Source: Isurus oxyrinchus
Taxonomy: Eukaryota
Direction: 5' to 3'
DNA: 64,000 nt
Assembly (NCBI GenBank): GCA_026770705.1
Contig: JANJGN010000100.1
Coordinates: forward strand, 1 to 64,000
Shown here: one piece after another, positions 23,936 through 37,423 of the stretch
How the letters are laid out: every line of letters begins with the position of its first letter
Numbering within the stretch: the stretch's first letter is position 1
Program-made: the position numbers and the translations under genes
The notes under the pieces: model-generated
What the model was told of the DNA's origin: nothing
The model's database searches: none
The model's input: the letters and a program-made list of their open reading frames with translations, nothing else

Positions 23936-25829
23936 TCACTGCATTCAGAATAAAAACAATCACTAACCCGAAAAACCCAACATCCAGATCAGTAAATATC
24001 AATACCCCACAACTCCAACATCCAGAACCATAAATATCATTAACCTCACATCCATAACATTCAGAATCCTCACTATCATTAACCCCACATCCCGAACATC
24101 CAGAGTCCACACTACCATTATTCCCACATACCTATCATTAACCTGAAAATCCCAACATCCAGAAACATAAATTTCATTGACCCCACTTTCTCAACATTCA
24201 GAATTATCGCTATCACTAACTCCATTCCAAACATCTAGAATCCTCACAGTAATTAACCATGTTACCAACATTCCGAATTCTCACTATGACTAATCCCATT
24301 CACAACAACCAGACTCCTCACTATTACTAACACCGTCCTCAAAATCTGGAATCTGCACTAGAACTAAACTTATTCCCAACATTCAGAATCCTCATTATCA
24401 CTAAACCCAATTACAACATCCAGCTTCTTCATTCTCATTAACATCGTTCCCAAAATCCAGATTCCTCATTTATCATTAACCCCACTCACAACATCCAGAT
24501 TCCTCACTTACACTAACCCCATTCCAAACATCCAGAATCGCTACTATCACTGACCCCATTCCCAACACCCAGAATCCTCAGTATCTCTAACACCATTCTC
24601 AAAATCCGGAATCTGCACTGCACTAAACCTATTCCCAAATTTCAGGATCCTCACTATTGCTAACCCCATTCCCAACATCTAGATTCTTCACGATTGCTGA
24701 CCACATTCACAACTTCCATATTCCTCATGATCACTAACACCTTTCCCAAGATCCAGATTCCTCATTATCATTAACCCCATTCCCAACATCCAGAATCGTC
24801 ACTAACACTGACCCCATTCCCAACATCCAGAACCCTCAGAATGAAAAATTCTATTCCCAACATGAGGAATCCTAAACATTATGAAGGAAATTTGCTACAT
24901 CCCGAATCATCACTATCCCCATATTAGCCCCATATTCCTAACATCCGGAATTCTCATTGTCACGAACGCCATTCCAAAAATCCGGAATCCTCAATATCAT
25001 ATATCCACATTCCAGGATTCTCACTGTCAAGAACTCCATTCCCAACATTCAGAATTCTCATTATCACTAACCCAACACTCTCAACATCCAGAATCCTCAC
25101 AATCACAAACTCCAATTGAAACATCCAAGTTCCTCACTATCACTAACCCCATTCCCAACATCCAAATCTCCACTAGCACTGAATCCACATTTCCAACATC
25201 CAGAACCCTCAAAATACGAACGTATTTCCCAAAATACCGCATTCTCACTATCACTAACACAGTATTCCCAAAATCGAGAAACCTTACCATCACTGATCCC
25301 ACAACCTGAAATCCAGAGACCTCATCAGCACTGAGCGCACAACCCAAAACCAGAAACGACATCATCACAGACCTCATAACCCAAAAATCCAAAATCCTCA
25401 CTACTACAACGACAATCCCAGCATCTAGGCTCCTAACTTATCATTGAATATATTCCCAACATTCAGAATCTGCATTATCAGTAACTCCATTCCCAACATC
25501 CAGAATACTCACTATCACTGACCCATAACCCAAACATCCAAAATCCTCACTATTAGTAACGACAATCCCAGCATCTAGCTTCCTCACTTATCATTGAATA
25601 CATTCCCAACATTCAGGATCCTCACGATCACTAGCTCCATTTCCAACATCCAGAATCCTCACTGTCACAGACCCACATTCGCAACATCTAGAAACTTCAC
25701 TATCACTAACTCCATTGCAAACATCCAACATCCTCTCTTCACTAACCCGATTCCCAGCATCCAGCATCCTCACCCTCACTAACCCCATTACCAGCATTCA
25801 GAATTCTCAATATCACTATATTTTTTGTT

Positions 25830-26530
25830 TTGTTATATTCATTCATGTCATTTGGGGCGCCGCTGTCTAGGCCAGCATTCATTAACAATCCCGCATCGCG
25901 CTTGAGAAGGTGGTTGATGAAATGCCTCATTGAACCGCTGCAGTCCATGTTGTGTAGGTACACACACAGAGCTGTTAGGGAGGGAGTCCAAGGATTTTGA
26001 CCCAGCAACAGTGAAGGAACGGTGATATAATTCCAAGTCAGAATAGTGAACGGCTTGAGCAGGAACTTCCAGATGATGGTGTTCCCATGTGCATATCCCA
26101 TCACACACCTGACGTGTTTGTTGATGGTGGACAGGCTTTTGTGGAGTCAGGAGGTGAGTTATTCGCCACAGGATTCCTAGCTCCAGAGCTGCTGTCATCG
26201 CCATTGTAGTTCTATGTCAATTCCAGTTCAGTTTCTGGTCAATGGTAACTCCCAGATTGTCGATAGTGGGGGATTGGGTGATGGTAAAGCAGAATGTCAA
26301 AGGGCATCTTTAGATTATCTCTTGTTAGAGACAGTGATTGCCTGGAACCTGTGTGGTGTGAAAGTTGCTTGCTACTTGTCAGCCCAGTCCAGATCTAGTT
26401 GCATTTGTTCAGGGCTGCTTCAGTACCTGAGGAGTAGCGATTTGGTTCTGAATATTGCACAATCATAAGCGAGCGTTCTCACTTCTCACCTTATGATGGA
26501 AGGAACTTCACTGATGAAAGAGCTGTGCCT
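25830..26530 (-). mobile_element. CR1-clade LINE fragment (second family) inside the minisatellite
   Basis: Same 3' tail and RT region as 14190-14990, internally deleted. Confidence 0.8.
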
Positions 26531-26814
26531 TGGGAATTCTCCACTAACCCCGCTTTCCCAACTTCCAGATTCCTCCCTTATGCTAACCACACATCCCCAA
26601 AATTCAGAATCCACCCTATCACTAACCCCACATTCCCAACATCCAGAATGCTCACTATCACTAAAGCCACATTCCCAGTATCCAGAAATCTCACTATCAA
26701 TAAACCACACTCCCAACATTCTGAAAACTCTCTATCACTAGCCCCATTCCCAAAAGTCAGAATCCTCAATATCACTAACCTTATTGCCAATATATAGAAT
26801 CCTCACTCTCATTA

Positions 26815-27088
26815 TAATAATAAAAACAAAAGAACTGCAGATGCTGGAAATCCAAAACAAAAACAGAATTACCTGGAAAAACTCAGCAGGTCTGGCAGCA
26901 TCGGCGGAGAAGAAAAGAGTTGATGTTTCGAGTCCTCATGACCCTTCGACAGAACTTGAGTTGGAGTCCAAGCAAGAGTTGAAATATAAGCTGGTTTAAG
27001 ATGTGTGTGTGGAGGGCGGAGAGATAGAGAGAGAGAGAGGGGTGGGGGAGGGGTTGCGGGTGTGGTTGTGTGGACAAACAAGCAGTGC
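26815..27088 (-). mobile_element. PLE 3'-end insertion with 16-bp TSD
   Basis: Matches the reverse complement of 8540-8750. ATCCTCACTCTCATTA is duplicated at 26799-26814 and 27089-27104. Confidence 0.88.
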
Positions 27089-27334
27089 ATCCTCACTCTC
27101 ATTAACCTCATTTCCAATGTACAGAATCCTCACTCTCACGAATCCCATTGCCAATATCCGCAAGCCTCAATATCACTAACACCACATTTCCAGTATCCAG
27201 AATCCTCACTATCAATAAACCACACTCCCAACATTCTGAAACCTCACTATCACTAGCCCCATTCCCAACTTCCAGAATACTCACCATCACTAACATCATT
27301 CCCAACATCCACAATTCTCACTGTCACTATTTTT

Positions 27335-28292
27335 ATTTATTATTATTCATTCATGGCATTTGGTCATTGGTGACTAGGCCTGCATTCATTAACCAACCCT
27401 AATTGCCCTTGAGAAGGTGGTGGTGATCTGCCTCATTGAACCGCTGCAGTCCATGTGATTTTGGTACACCCGGAGAACTGTTAGCAAGGGAGTCCAAGGA
27501 TTTTGACCCAGAGACATTTAAGGAACGGCGATATATTTTTCCAAGTCAGAATGGTGAGTGGCTTGAGTTGGGATGTCCAGGTGCTGGTATCCCCATATGT
27601 CTGCTGTGCTTGCCTTTCTTCATGGTAGCGGCCATGGGCTTGGAAGCTGCTGTCAAAGGAGCCTTGTTGAGTTCCTGCAGTGCATCTTGTAGATGGTACA
27701 CAGTGCTGTCAATGTGAGTCGGTGGTGGATGGACTGAATGTTTCTGGATGCTGTGCCAGTCAAGTTGCCTGTTTTGTCTTGGATCGGGTACAGCTTCTCA
27801 AGTATTGTTGGAGCTTCACTCAACCAGGCAAGTGAAGAGTATCCCATCACACTCCTGACTTGTGTTTGTAGATAGTGGACAGGCTTTTTTGGAGTAAGGA
27901 GGTGAGTTACTGGTTGCAGGATTCCTAGCCCCTGGCCTGCTCTTGTCGCCACTGTAGTTCTCTGTCAATTCCAGCTCAGTTTCTGATCAATGTTAACCCC
28001 CAGGATGCTGGAGCGAGGAATTCGGCGATCATAATGCCGTTGAATATCAAGCAGCATGGTTAGATTCATTCTTGTCAGAGAAAGTCATTGTTTGGCATTT
28101 GTGTGGTGCGACATTTGCTTTCCACTTGTCAGCCCAGTCCAGATCTAGTTGCAATTGTTCATGTGCTGCTTCAGTACCCGAGGAGTCACGATTTGGCTCT
28201 GAACATTGCAAAATCATAAGTGAATGTTCTCACTTCGGATCTTATGATAGAAAGAAGGTCATTGATGAAAGTGCTTAAGACGGTTGGGCCTC
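27335..28292 (-). mobile_element. CR1-clade LINE fragment (second family) inside the minisatellite
   Basis: GPTVLSTFINDLLSIIRSEVRTF; colinear with 25830-26530. Confidence 0.8.
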
Positions 28293-31020
28293 TGAAATTA
28301 CACACTAACCCCACTTTCCCAACTTCCAGAATCCTCCCTATCGCTAATCCAACAATCCCAACATCCAGATTCCAGTCTCTTGCTAACCCGTCTTCCAACT
28401 TCCAGAGTCCTCACTATCACTAACTCCACGTTCCCAAAATCCAGAATCTCACTAGCACTAACATCACATTCCCAATATGTGGAATCCTCACTATCAGCAA
28501 ACCACACTTCCAACATCCAGAATTCTCAAAATACCTAATCCTACATTCCCAACATCCAGGACCCTCAGTATCACTGACAAAGTCCCAAGATACAGAATTC
28601 TCACTGTTACTAAACCACCCTCCTCACATGCAGGACCCTCACTATCACTACCCCCACATTCCCAACATCCAGAATGCTCATAATCAATAACCCCACGCTG
28701 CCAAATTCTAGAATCCCCTCCATCACTGTCCCCGCATTCCCAATGCCCAGAATGCCTCACGATCGCTAACGAAGACTCCCAACATCCACACTCCTCACTA
28801 TCACTAAACCATACTCCCCACATGCAGAATCCTCACTATCACAAACCCGACGCTGCCAACATCCAGAACCCTCTCTATCACTAACCGCACACTCCCAACA
28901 TCAAAGCCCTCAGCATCACTAGCCCTACTTTCCCAATATCCAGCATCCTCACTATTACTAACCCGGCAATCCCATCACCCAGAATCATCTCTAACACTAA
29001 CTGCATTCCCTATATCCAGAATCTTCACTGTCATTAAACCAACATTCCCAACATTCAAAATCCTCACTATCACTAACCGTACATTCCCAGCATCCAGAAT
29101 CCTCACTATCACTAACCCCACATTCCTAAAATTCAAGTCCTTACTATCACTAACCCTATTCCCAAATTCAGCGCCCTCATTATCACTAACCCCATTCCCA
29201 ACATCAAGAACCTTCAGGATCACTAACCCCACACTCCAATCATCAATAATCGTCACTATCAGTAACTCCACACTCACAACATCCAGAATCCTCACTATCA
29301 CTAATCCCGAACTCCCAGCATCCAAAACGCCCACCATTGTATTCCCGCACTTCCATCACCCAGAGCCCTGATCGCTAACCTCAAACATCGTCACCCAGAT
29401 AACTCACCCCTCGGCCACCCCACCTTCTCATTACTCAGAGAGCTCATCATGAATAACCCCAGCCTCCAACATCAACCTCCTTCACCATGAAGCCTCCCAC
29501 ATTTGTAACACTAGGAATCCTTTTTGTTACCAGTCACTCAGTTTTCCAACATCATTCATACGATTTATTATCACATATCGCCCCCAAAAGTGAATCTCCT
29601 CAAATTATCGTCGTACCTGGAGCCTCATGAGTGAAGTATCTCTGTCGTGCACACAGGCCGATTAGTATTCTTTTCTCTATGAGCTAGAGCCAGAACTCGA
29701 ACTAAGGTCCATTTTCCCTTCCTAGGAACACTTTATTTCACTAACTTCTACAATTATATTAACTCTAAACATTGTGGTATTGTTACTGCTTTCAAGGCGC
29801 TGATCACTCAGAATCCTTTCAGCCTCCAACAATAAGTCTGATACTCAGGGTCTCCGCTGAACTGCACGCTGCCATAATCCAGAGCCCTCTCAAATTCTTC
29901 ATGCTCCTCTTTAGTCGCCTAGTTTCTTACCCATCATCCAAACCCTCGCTGCCATTGTCCAGCCTCCACTCAGTCACTAATATCTATACTGCCATCTCGT
30001 ACAAACCTGTTCTGCCACTGCTTGGAGCAGACAGATGGTCCTGGGAAACAAGGAGCATTCTATTCTTCAGCAGATCGTTCGGTAGGATATTTCATTTCTG
30101 CACAAACTACTAAGGAGACCAGGTTCTCCTTAATTACTATTTGTCACTCAAGACATTTGTTGCAATGCAGCCGGATAATCGGCAGTATGAACTCTGTGAA
30201 GTTAGGCTTTGAATCGGACTCACTCACTTCTGATTGCCAGGTAGAACCGTCCTAGCAAAACCTTGTGGACTACCACAAAACAGGCTTAGAAGGGTTATTG
30301 TACTTATCGACCCTGAGAAATGTTAAAGGGAGATAACCCAATGTACATTAAAGAATATTGGTAATTAGAGTTAAATGTGAAGTGATTGGGTTACTAGGTC
30401 TGTGATAGTGCGAGATCAGCTGGAGCTGTTCTCTGTAATCTCCTTCGATCACCTCCTTATCATTTCCCAGGGATGTTTTTCAGTCTAAGATCCCCGGTTA
30501 TCTATTTCTACCCTTACAATTAAATGCCCGTTTATATTTCTCAAATTCGAAATAATCTTCAATTAAATAAATGTGAACAATATTTTCTGGGTTTGAGATG
30601 GAGCAGAGGCAGCGAATTAATTCAGGCTAAAAACGTAACTGCGCTGCCTTCTTTCTAATTTTATTCAGCCAACATCCTGTTTTTCTGCTGCTGTGCAAAA
30701 CCACAGGCAGCGTGTCCTGCAGTAAATCAATACACAGAGCTTTATGTACCGGTTGCAGCCTGCACCTGGCAGCACGCAGCACCGGCCTGGAAAGCTATGT
30801 GCTGAAGTGTACGTCTGTCATTTTATGTCAGAATTAACAATATGAAGATGATTTGTAGCATTGAAAATGAACGGAACTGTTTCGGATCTCAGCAAATGAC
30901 AAGGACACCGCCGTTCTCATTCTTTAGGTCCCTCTGTCTTTTGTTCCTCTTTGCTTCTACTTGCATCGACAGTCTAACACAATCTCCTGTCTATCTCTCT
31001 GCCTCACTATCTGCCGCCAC

Positions 31021-31483
31021 NNNNNNNNNNNNNNNNNNNNNNNNNNNNNNNNNNNNNNNNNNNNNNNNNNNNNNNNNNNNNNNNNNNNNNNNNNNNNNNN
31101 NNNNNNNNNNNNNNNNNNNNNNNNNNNNNNNNNNNNNNNNNNNNNNNNNNNNNNNNNNNNNNNNNNNNNNNNNNNNNNNNNNNNNNNNNNNNNNNNNNNN
31201 NNNNNNNNNNNNNNNNNNNNNNNNNNNNNNNNNNNNNNNNNNNNNNNNNNNNNNNNNNNNNNNNNNNNNNNNNNNNNNNNNNNNNNNNNNNNNNNNNNNN
31301 NNNNNNNNNNNNNNNNNNNNNNNNNNNNNNNNNNNNNNNNNNNNNNNNNNNNNNNNNNNNNNNNNNNNNNNNNNNNNNNNNNNNNNNNNNNNNNNNNNNN
31401 NNNNNNNNNNNNNNNNNNNNNNNNNNNNNNNNNNNNNNNNNNNNNNNNNNNNNNNNNNNNNNNNNNNNNNNNNNNNNNNNNNN
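31021..31483. other. Assembly gap (N run) in a CT-rich low-complexity tract
   Basis: 463 N; the flanks (30900-31780) are pyrimidine-rich. Confidence 0.99.
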
Positions 31484-33119
31484 ACCTCTGTCTTGCGGTC
31501 GGTTTCTCACTCTGTCAATATTTTCTCCCATCTCTCGTATTCTATCTCTCCTTGCCTCTAGCTCTGCTTTCGTCCTCTTTCCTTTCTATCTTTCTGTTAG
31601 TAATCCCTCTACTGATTTTCATCCCTTTCTCTCGTTCTGCATCCAAACTGCTATTTCTGTCTTTTCTTCCTCGCTAGGTAGCTCTATCTATGTTTCTGAT
31701 CCTCTCTTTAACCATCTAGCTGACGCTCAGTGTACACCAGTTCTCTGTCTATTTCTACTTTTATCTCTCTGCCCTTTAACTTATTGTCACATCCCTGTAT
31801 CGAATATTTCAATTGAGTTCATATCCCATTTGTTCTAAACTGGTTAAAAATAACTTTAAATTGAGAAAGCAAAATGTAATTTACTGTCTTCGATTTTAGT
31901 TTATTATTTCTACAAATGGGATTTCTAGATTATTATTTCGATGTCTTTCTGCATCACAACCTTTTGTCTTTGCAGATATGACTCCACCTGCTTTTCTGTC
32001 CCCCCGTGTTATCTGTACCTTCATGTTATGGGCACGAAACCCCACACTTAGGACACTTTTCTCTGCTTTTTGTCCAAACAGCGCTTTGAGGCTGAAAATC
32101 GACTTCGGTAGAGGTGAATCCGTCATTACCCGATCGATGGCGATTATACACTGGTCAATTTTCCACCCTGTGGAATTCCATACAGAGGAAATGCGGTGGT
32201 TTTAGATAACTGGTGGCCCATTCAATACCGCCTGATATCCCACGGCCTGCCTCCCCCTCACTCCACGACCCCCCCAACCAACCATCCCCCAACACACCCC
32301 CTCCCCGCGCAATCAAAGCTGAATTTAACGTGAAACATATAAAGATGGTGGGAATGAATAGCTACTATATCTGTCTGGAAACTGTACATCGCCAGGTCAT
32401 GAACTTATCATTAATTTTAATAGGTGGTGAACCATGACTTCGGGGTATAAAATATCTTTGTTTGTTCCCAGCCCCGAAACTGAAATTTCCGGGCTGGATG
32501 TTAACTAAGCGAACTCCAGGAGATCATGATATCCCATAATAAAAACAATCAAACTCCCCATGTGCCCGATCACATCAAAACATCAATGACCTGCTGACTC
32601 GGGAAGTCGTAGGAATTAGGGACATTACAGCAGAAGGGAGCAGAGCTGTCTGTTTTACTATGGACATTGCCACACTCTGCTGGCGAAGAAAGTGTATTAC
32701 ACTGTCATCAGTGCAACGTGTTCGTTCATTCATGGCCATTAGCTTCATCTTATCCAGCTATCTCGATCAGCATATCGATTCAAATTTCCCACAATAATTT
32801 TCATGGGGGAAGGTGTCCATTAAAGAGGGGATTTCATAGACTTAGGAGAAAGAAGTGAAAACATTCCTGAAGGTGAAATTCCTGAGGAGGTTTTAGGGGG
32901 ACACTTACAAGAGAAATTAGGTAATTACAGTAATAACGGACGAGATGCCGTTGCTGGAGGTGAACGACGAGGAAAAGTAGACTGAAGGGGTAATCCAGTG
33001 CTCCATGAGATTTATTTAATATCCAATCTGATCCTGAGTCTCAATTTTTAATGGAGCAAAAAATGGCTTAAAAGTAAGAACATCATTTCAGTGTTTGCAA
33101 GAGGGCACCACAGCCCACT

Positions 33120-34710
33120 CTGTATCATATACATATAGATAGCAACAGTAATCTATTCCTGTAATAGCCCTCAAATTAAATATCAAGACTCCATCACTTG
33201 ATAAAATTCACGTTAAATGACCAAAAATCCAATTATTTAACATACCTCAGAGCAATTAAGCAATGTCCCATTGATGTTATATCCCTCACTTTAAATGATA
33301 AATAATTCATTGGTGAATTATATCACGTTTCAAATGAACAAATTCCAATCTCTGTAATATAACTCGCAATAATTGAACAATAATCCATTTTTCGTACTTT
33401 TCACATTACATTAATAATGCTTCCTAGCAACAATATATCTCAAATTAAATAAAGAATAATCCATAAAGGTAATATCAATCACATTAAATGAACGGTAATT
33501 CATTGTAACTCTGTAACTCACAAGAAATGAACAATAATCTATTGCTCTGATATGTCTCACTTTAGAGGAACAATGTTGCACTGCTGCAATACTCATATAT
33601 TAAATGAAAATGCATGCCATTACTGCAGAGTCACAATTCAATGAATAATAATCTTTATATTTAATATAACTCACGACAAATATTCAATAATCCAGTTCTG
33701 CCATAATCTTGACATGCAATTAATACTAATCAATTGTTGTCACATATCAGACGGTAAAGGAAAAATAATCCAGTGTTGTAGTATCCCTCACATTAAAAAC
33801 AATAATGCATTGCTGCAATATAACTCATTTTAAATGATGAATAATCCATTGCTCCGAGGCAGCTTGCATTAATTGATCAATAATCCACTCCTGTAATATT
33901 CCCCAAATTAAACGAATACTAATTCCTTGCCATAATGTACAAGGCTTTAAAGTAATCCTGATTCATTGCTGCAATGCATGAAACGAACAAAAATCTAGTG
34001 CTGTGATACCCCTTACCTGAACTGAATAATCTATTCCTTTAATAAACTCACTCCAAAGGAGCAATCACTGTAATATCCCTGAAATGTAATGGACATTACT
34101 TCATTTCTTCAATATGCAGCATATTAAATGCACACTGATCTATTGCTCAAATATCCCTTATAATAACTGAAAATAATCAATTTTTGTAATATATGTCATA
34201 TGAAATGAAAAGTAATGTATATATTTGATATCCCTTGCGTTAAACAAGCAAAACTCTACGATTGAAATATCCTCCAAATTAAATGAACACTGACGCATTG
34301 CTGTTGTATATCTCAAAGTACTTGAGCATTAGTCCATTAGTTTCAGGTGCATCATATTAAGTGAATAATAACCCATTTCTGTATTATAGCACACTTTATT
34401 TAACAACATTCCATTGCTGGAGTACAGCTCACATAACATGATTTAGTTATATATCTGTAACACCCCTCACATTAATGAACAATAATCCATTACTATAAGA
34501 AGCTAATAATTTCTTGTCGCTTTATTACCCCTCACGTCAAACGAATAGTAAATTATCATCTTTTCTGATGTACTTCACACTGAATGGGAAATATCTCAGT
34601 GTTGTAAGGTATCACAGATGAAATGAATAATAATCATTCATTGTGACATATTCCTTACATTCCAAGGGCATTAACCGATTATTACATGTAAAGTTAATAA
34701 CATTCATTGC
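33120..34710. repeat. Diverged AT-rich 39-bp tandem array (consensus about TAATCCATTGCTGTAATATCCCTCACATTAAATGAACAA)
   Basis: ATAAT(G/C)CA recurs at 33802, 33841 and 33880 (period 39); roughly 40 degenerate units. Confidence 0.8.
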
Positions 34711-36028
34711 TCTTTTAAGAGTCTGTCTTGTGTTTGCTTGTCGTATTCCTCGAGATGTCTTTTATTCGTAAAAGTTAGGTGTGGAAATTGGAATCACCCT
34801 GTTTGGTTTTGAGTGAACGTGAATAGTATGTATGCTTCCCACTTGAAATTTTTCATAAATGATTTGAAAGTTGGCCATTTCCTTGTGCTTTATTTTTACA
34901 GCAGCAGTGCCCCTAAGAATTACTTCTGAAAATAACCTGAGTCGTTTTTTTGCCCAGAGTGTTAGAAATGAACGCAATAATGTGTTAGTTTTCATTCACT
35001 GTCAGCATCAAGCTCAGCTTTTAGCGCTGAACCAGTTATGCGGCTGCCGCCTCAGTAAGCTCACATGCCCAGGCAGATCTGTCCTGTTTGTGTATTTGCA
35101 GCTTTCCTGAGTGCATCTCGAGTGTTAGCAAGTTGATTTTACTGACTTATATCTTTTACAACTGATCGGGATGGCAGACAAACCACACTTGCAAAAAAAC
35201 ATATAGTTTGATTGTTTTTTTGTTGTAGTTTGTCAAATAATAATGTAAATACCACGTTAATCTGCAAAACTAACCGAACTATCAGGTCCAGGGGAAGAAA
35301 TGTAATTCGATTGGTCAAATGATATAAACAAACACGTTTACAAAAGGAAGGAATTTTTTTGGCCCATCGTGTGCGCGCTCTCCTGGAGAAAAGTAAAGTG
35401 ACCCCGAGTACTGCTCAGTCTCCTCATATTACTTTGTTTAAAAATGGATTGAAAGGTGCATTAATATCCACCTCAGTCGCTGCCTGAAGTGAAGAACTCT
35501 ACTCTCTATTGCAAATATATTGGGGAAAACGTCGTTTTGCTATCGCAATATCTTTCATTAAAGCAGAAGTACTATCTGGCACATTACAGAACAGGAGTAA
35601 TCCTCTACAAACAACTCTACACCTCTTAGCGTTCAGTGAGAGACAGAATTGATTTTCTCCATTGTCATCCAATCTCTACAAACACTGTTACTGAGAATTA
35701 AGAATTAATTTGTTTCAAAAGTGAATCCCATGGCAGCGTGGATATTGGTTGGGGGACTGCAAACAGGTAGTTGTGGTAAATGGTTATTTTAAGGCAGGAT
35801 GGTATATTTTCTTGATTGGAACAATTAGCAAATAAAGCAAATTAAAGGGAATTAAATTAATACAAATTAAATAAATTAACAAATCAAATAGCCAGGTAAT
35901 CCCTTGAAGGGACAGACTGGAGGGTATGTGCGAACAAATTTCCGAAATTGGCAGGCGGATTTGAGAAGGCTGCAAAAAAGACACATACGGGCCTTGACTT
36001 TGAATGCAAAGACAAAAAGGTAACAAGG

Positions 36029-36606
36029 GAAAACAAAACCAGAATTACCTGGAAAAACTCAGCAGGTCTGGCAGCATCGGCGGAGAAGAAAAGAGTTGAC
36101 GTTTCGAGTCCTCATGACCCTTCGACAGAACTTGATTTCGAGTCCAAGAAAGAGTTGAAATATAAGCTGGTTTAAGGTGTGTGTGTGGGGGGCGGAGAGA
36201 TAGAGAGAGAGAGAGGTGGTTGTGTAGACAAACAAGCAGTGATAGAAGCAGATCATCAAAAGATGTCAGCGACAATGGTACAAAAGAACACATAGGTGTT
36301 AAAGTTAAAGTTGGTTATATTATCTAAACGAATGTGCTAATTAAGAATGGATGGTAGGGCACTCAAGGTACAGCTCTAGTGGGGGTGGGGGGAGCATAAA
36401 AGATTTTAAAATATTTAAAATAATGGAAATAGGTGGGAAAAGAAAAATCTATATAACTTATAGGGAAAAAAAAGGAAAAAGGGGGAAACAGAAAGGGGGT
36501 GGGGATGGGGGAGGGAGCTCACGACCTAAAGTTGTTGAATTCAATATTCAGACCGGAAAGCTGTAAGGTGCCTAGTCGGAAGATGAGGTGTTGTTCCTCC
36601 AGTTTG
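36029..36606 (-). mobile_element. PLE 3'-end fragment (end of GIY-YIG ORF plus pLTR)
   Basis: KLEEQHLIFRLGTLQLSGLNIEFNNFRS* and 3' repeat near-identical to 8178-8750. Confidence 0.92.
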
Positions 36607-36746
36607 GAATCACAGAATAACACAATGCAGAACAGGTCCTTCGGCGCATGGAGTCTGCAATTGCTATTTTCACAATCGGTATAAATTTTAATTTCCAAGT
36701 GTCCATGGGTTTCGGTCTGTTGTCCAGTTCTCTTCCCATCAAATGA

Positions 36747-36808
36747 ATTTGCATTTTTGAAGGCGTGTTGCCGACAGCCAATAAGAATCCTTAGTTTGGG
36801 ATATAAAT
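36747..36808 (+). promoter_or_regulatory. Ig light-chain-type promoter: octamer ATTTGCAT (36747-36754) and TATA (TATAAAT 36802-36808)
   Basis: Octamer in light-chain orientation about 140 bp upstream of an ACCATGG start at 36894. Confidence 0.8.
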
Positions 36809-36893
36809 GGGTCGCACCGAATTTTTGCCTTTGCACTGACAGTAAGAATCTCAGGCCCAGCTTGTCAATCACTGCGCGTGCCTCAGTGTAACC

Positions 36894-36939
36894 ATGGACA
36901 CAGTTTATATGATGCTGCTCTTGCTAACGTGTTTCTCCA
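36894..36939 (+). CDS. Leader exon of Ig light-chain-like gene
   Basis: Kozak ACCATGG; MDTVYMMLLLLTCFS; phase-1 donor A|GTGAGT at 36940, in frame with the acceptor at 37062-37063. Confidence 0.88.
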
Positions 36940-37063
36940 GTGAGTATAACGTGGAGCTGATTTTGCTGTAAAGATTTAAAAGTGTATTGACCCAAAACGT
37001 TCCGTGCTGCCTTTACCCTTTACCTTAGGCCTGAACTCATGACTTTTACTCTGATTCTTACAG

Positions 37064-37423
37064 GTGTCTGTCCACTTCCCGAACTGCTCCAAGCCGAAAC
37101 TGCCTCTGCCGTCTCAGGAGGGTCCGTCACCTTAAGCTGCTGGGTAAAGAACAGAGATATCGGGGATAGATGGCTCCGTTGGTTCCGACAGAGGCCAGGG
37201 AAGACACCGGTTTGGATCCTGACCCATAAAAGCACCAATGATGGAGGCGCCCTGCTCCGAGGCTCAGGGTTCACCGACCGCTTCGCCCATTCTAGAGACG
37301 ACGCAAAGAAAAGTTTCTCCCTCACTGTCAATCAAGTGGAGCTGAAGGACTCGGCTGTCTACTACTGCTCGCTTTTTGATTCTGGACAGTATTTTGGCAA
37401 AGGTACAGAGTTACACGTAGTGG
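37064..37423 (+). CDS. Germline-joined V-J exon of Ig light-chain-like gene
   Basis: SVCPLPELLQ..GGSVTLSC..WFRQRPGKTP..DRF..FSLTV..DSAVYYC-SLFDSGQY-FGKGTELHVV. Acceptor ttcttacAG; phase-1 donor G|GTAAGT at 37424; no RSS between V and J. Confidence 0.93.

Larger units (their letters stand above)
23940..29520. repeat. Diverged 37/39-bp minisatellite (consensus about ACTAACCCCATTCCCAACATCCAGAATCCTCACTATC), interrupted by three insertions
   Basis: ATCCAG recurs at 24751, 24788 and 24825 (period 37). A 39-bp variant with CCCCACATTCCC dominates 28300-29340. Confidence 0.92.

Noticed and set aside
23811-29337. Many 60-140 aa ORFs; CRISPR-like period of about 37 bp
   Set aside because: Contiguous tandem units with no unique spacers, in a eukaryotic context; the ORFs are repeat by-products.
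29772-30113. 113-aa ORF with PPTISLI resembling a C-domain start
   Set aside because: Lacks the Ig Cys/Trp/Cys framework.
30842-31677. ORFs of 174-239 aa
   Set aside because: They span the N gap.
32905-33005. Minus-strand LVVHLQQRHLVRYYC
   Set aside because: Isolated YYC without the D-x-A motif or upstream V framework.
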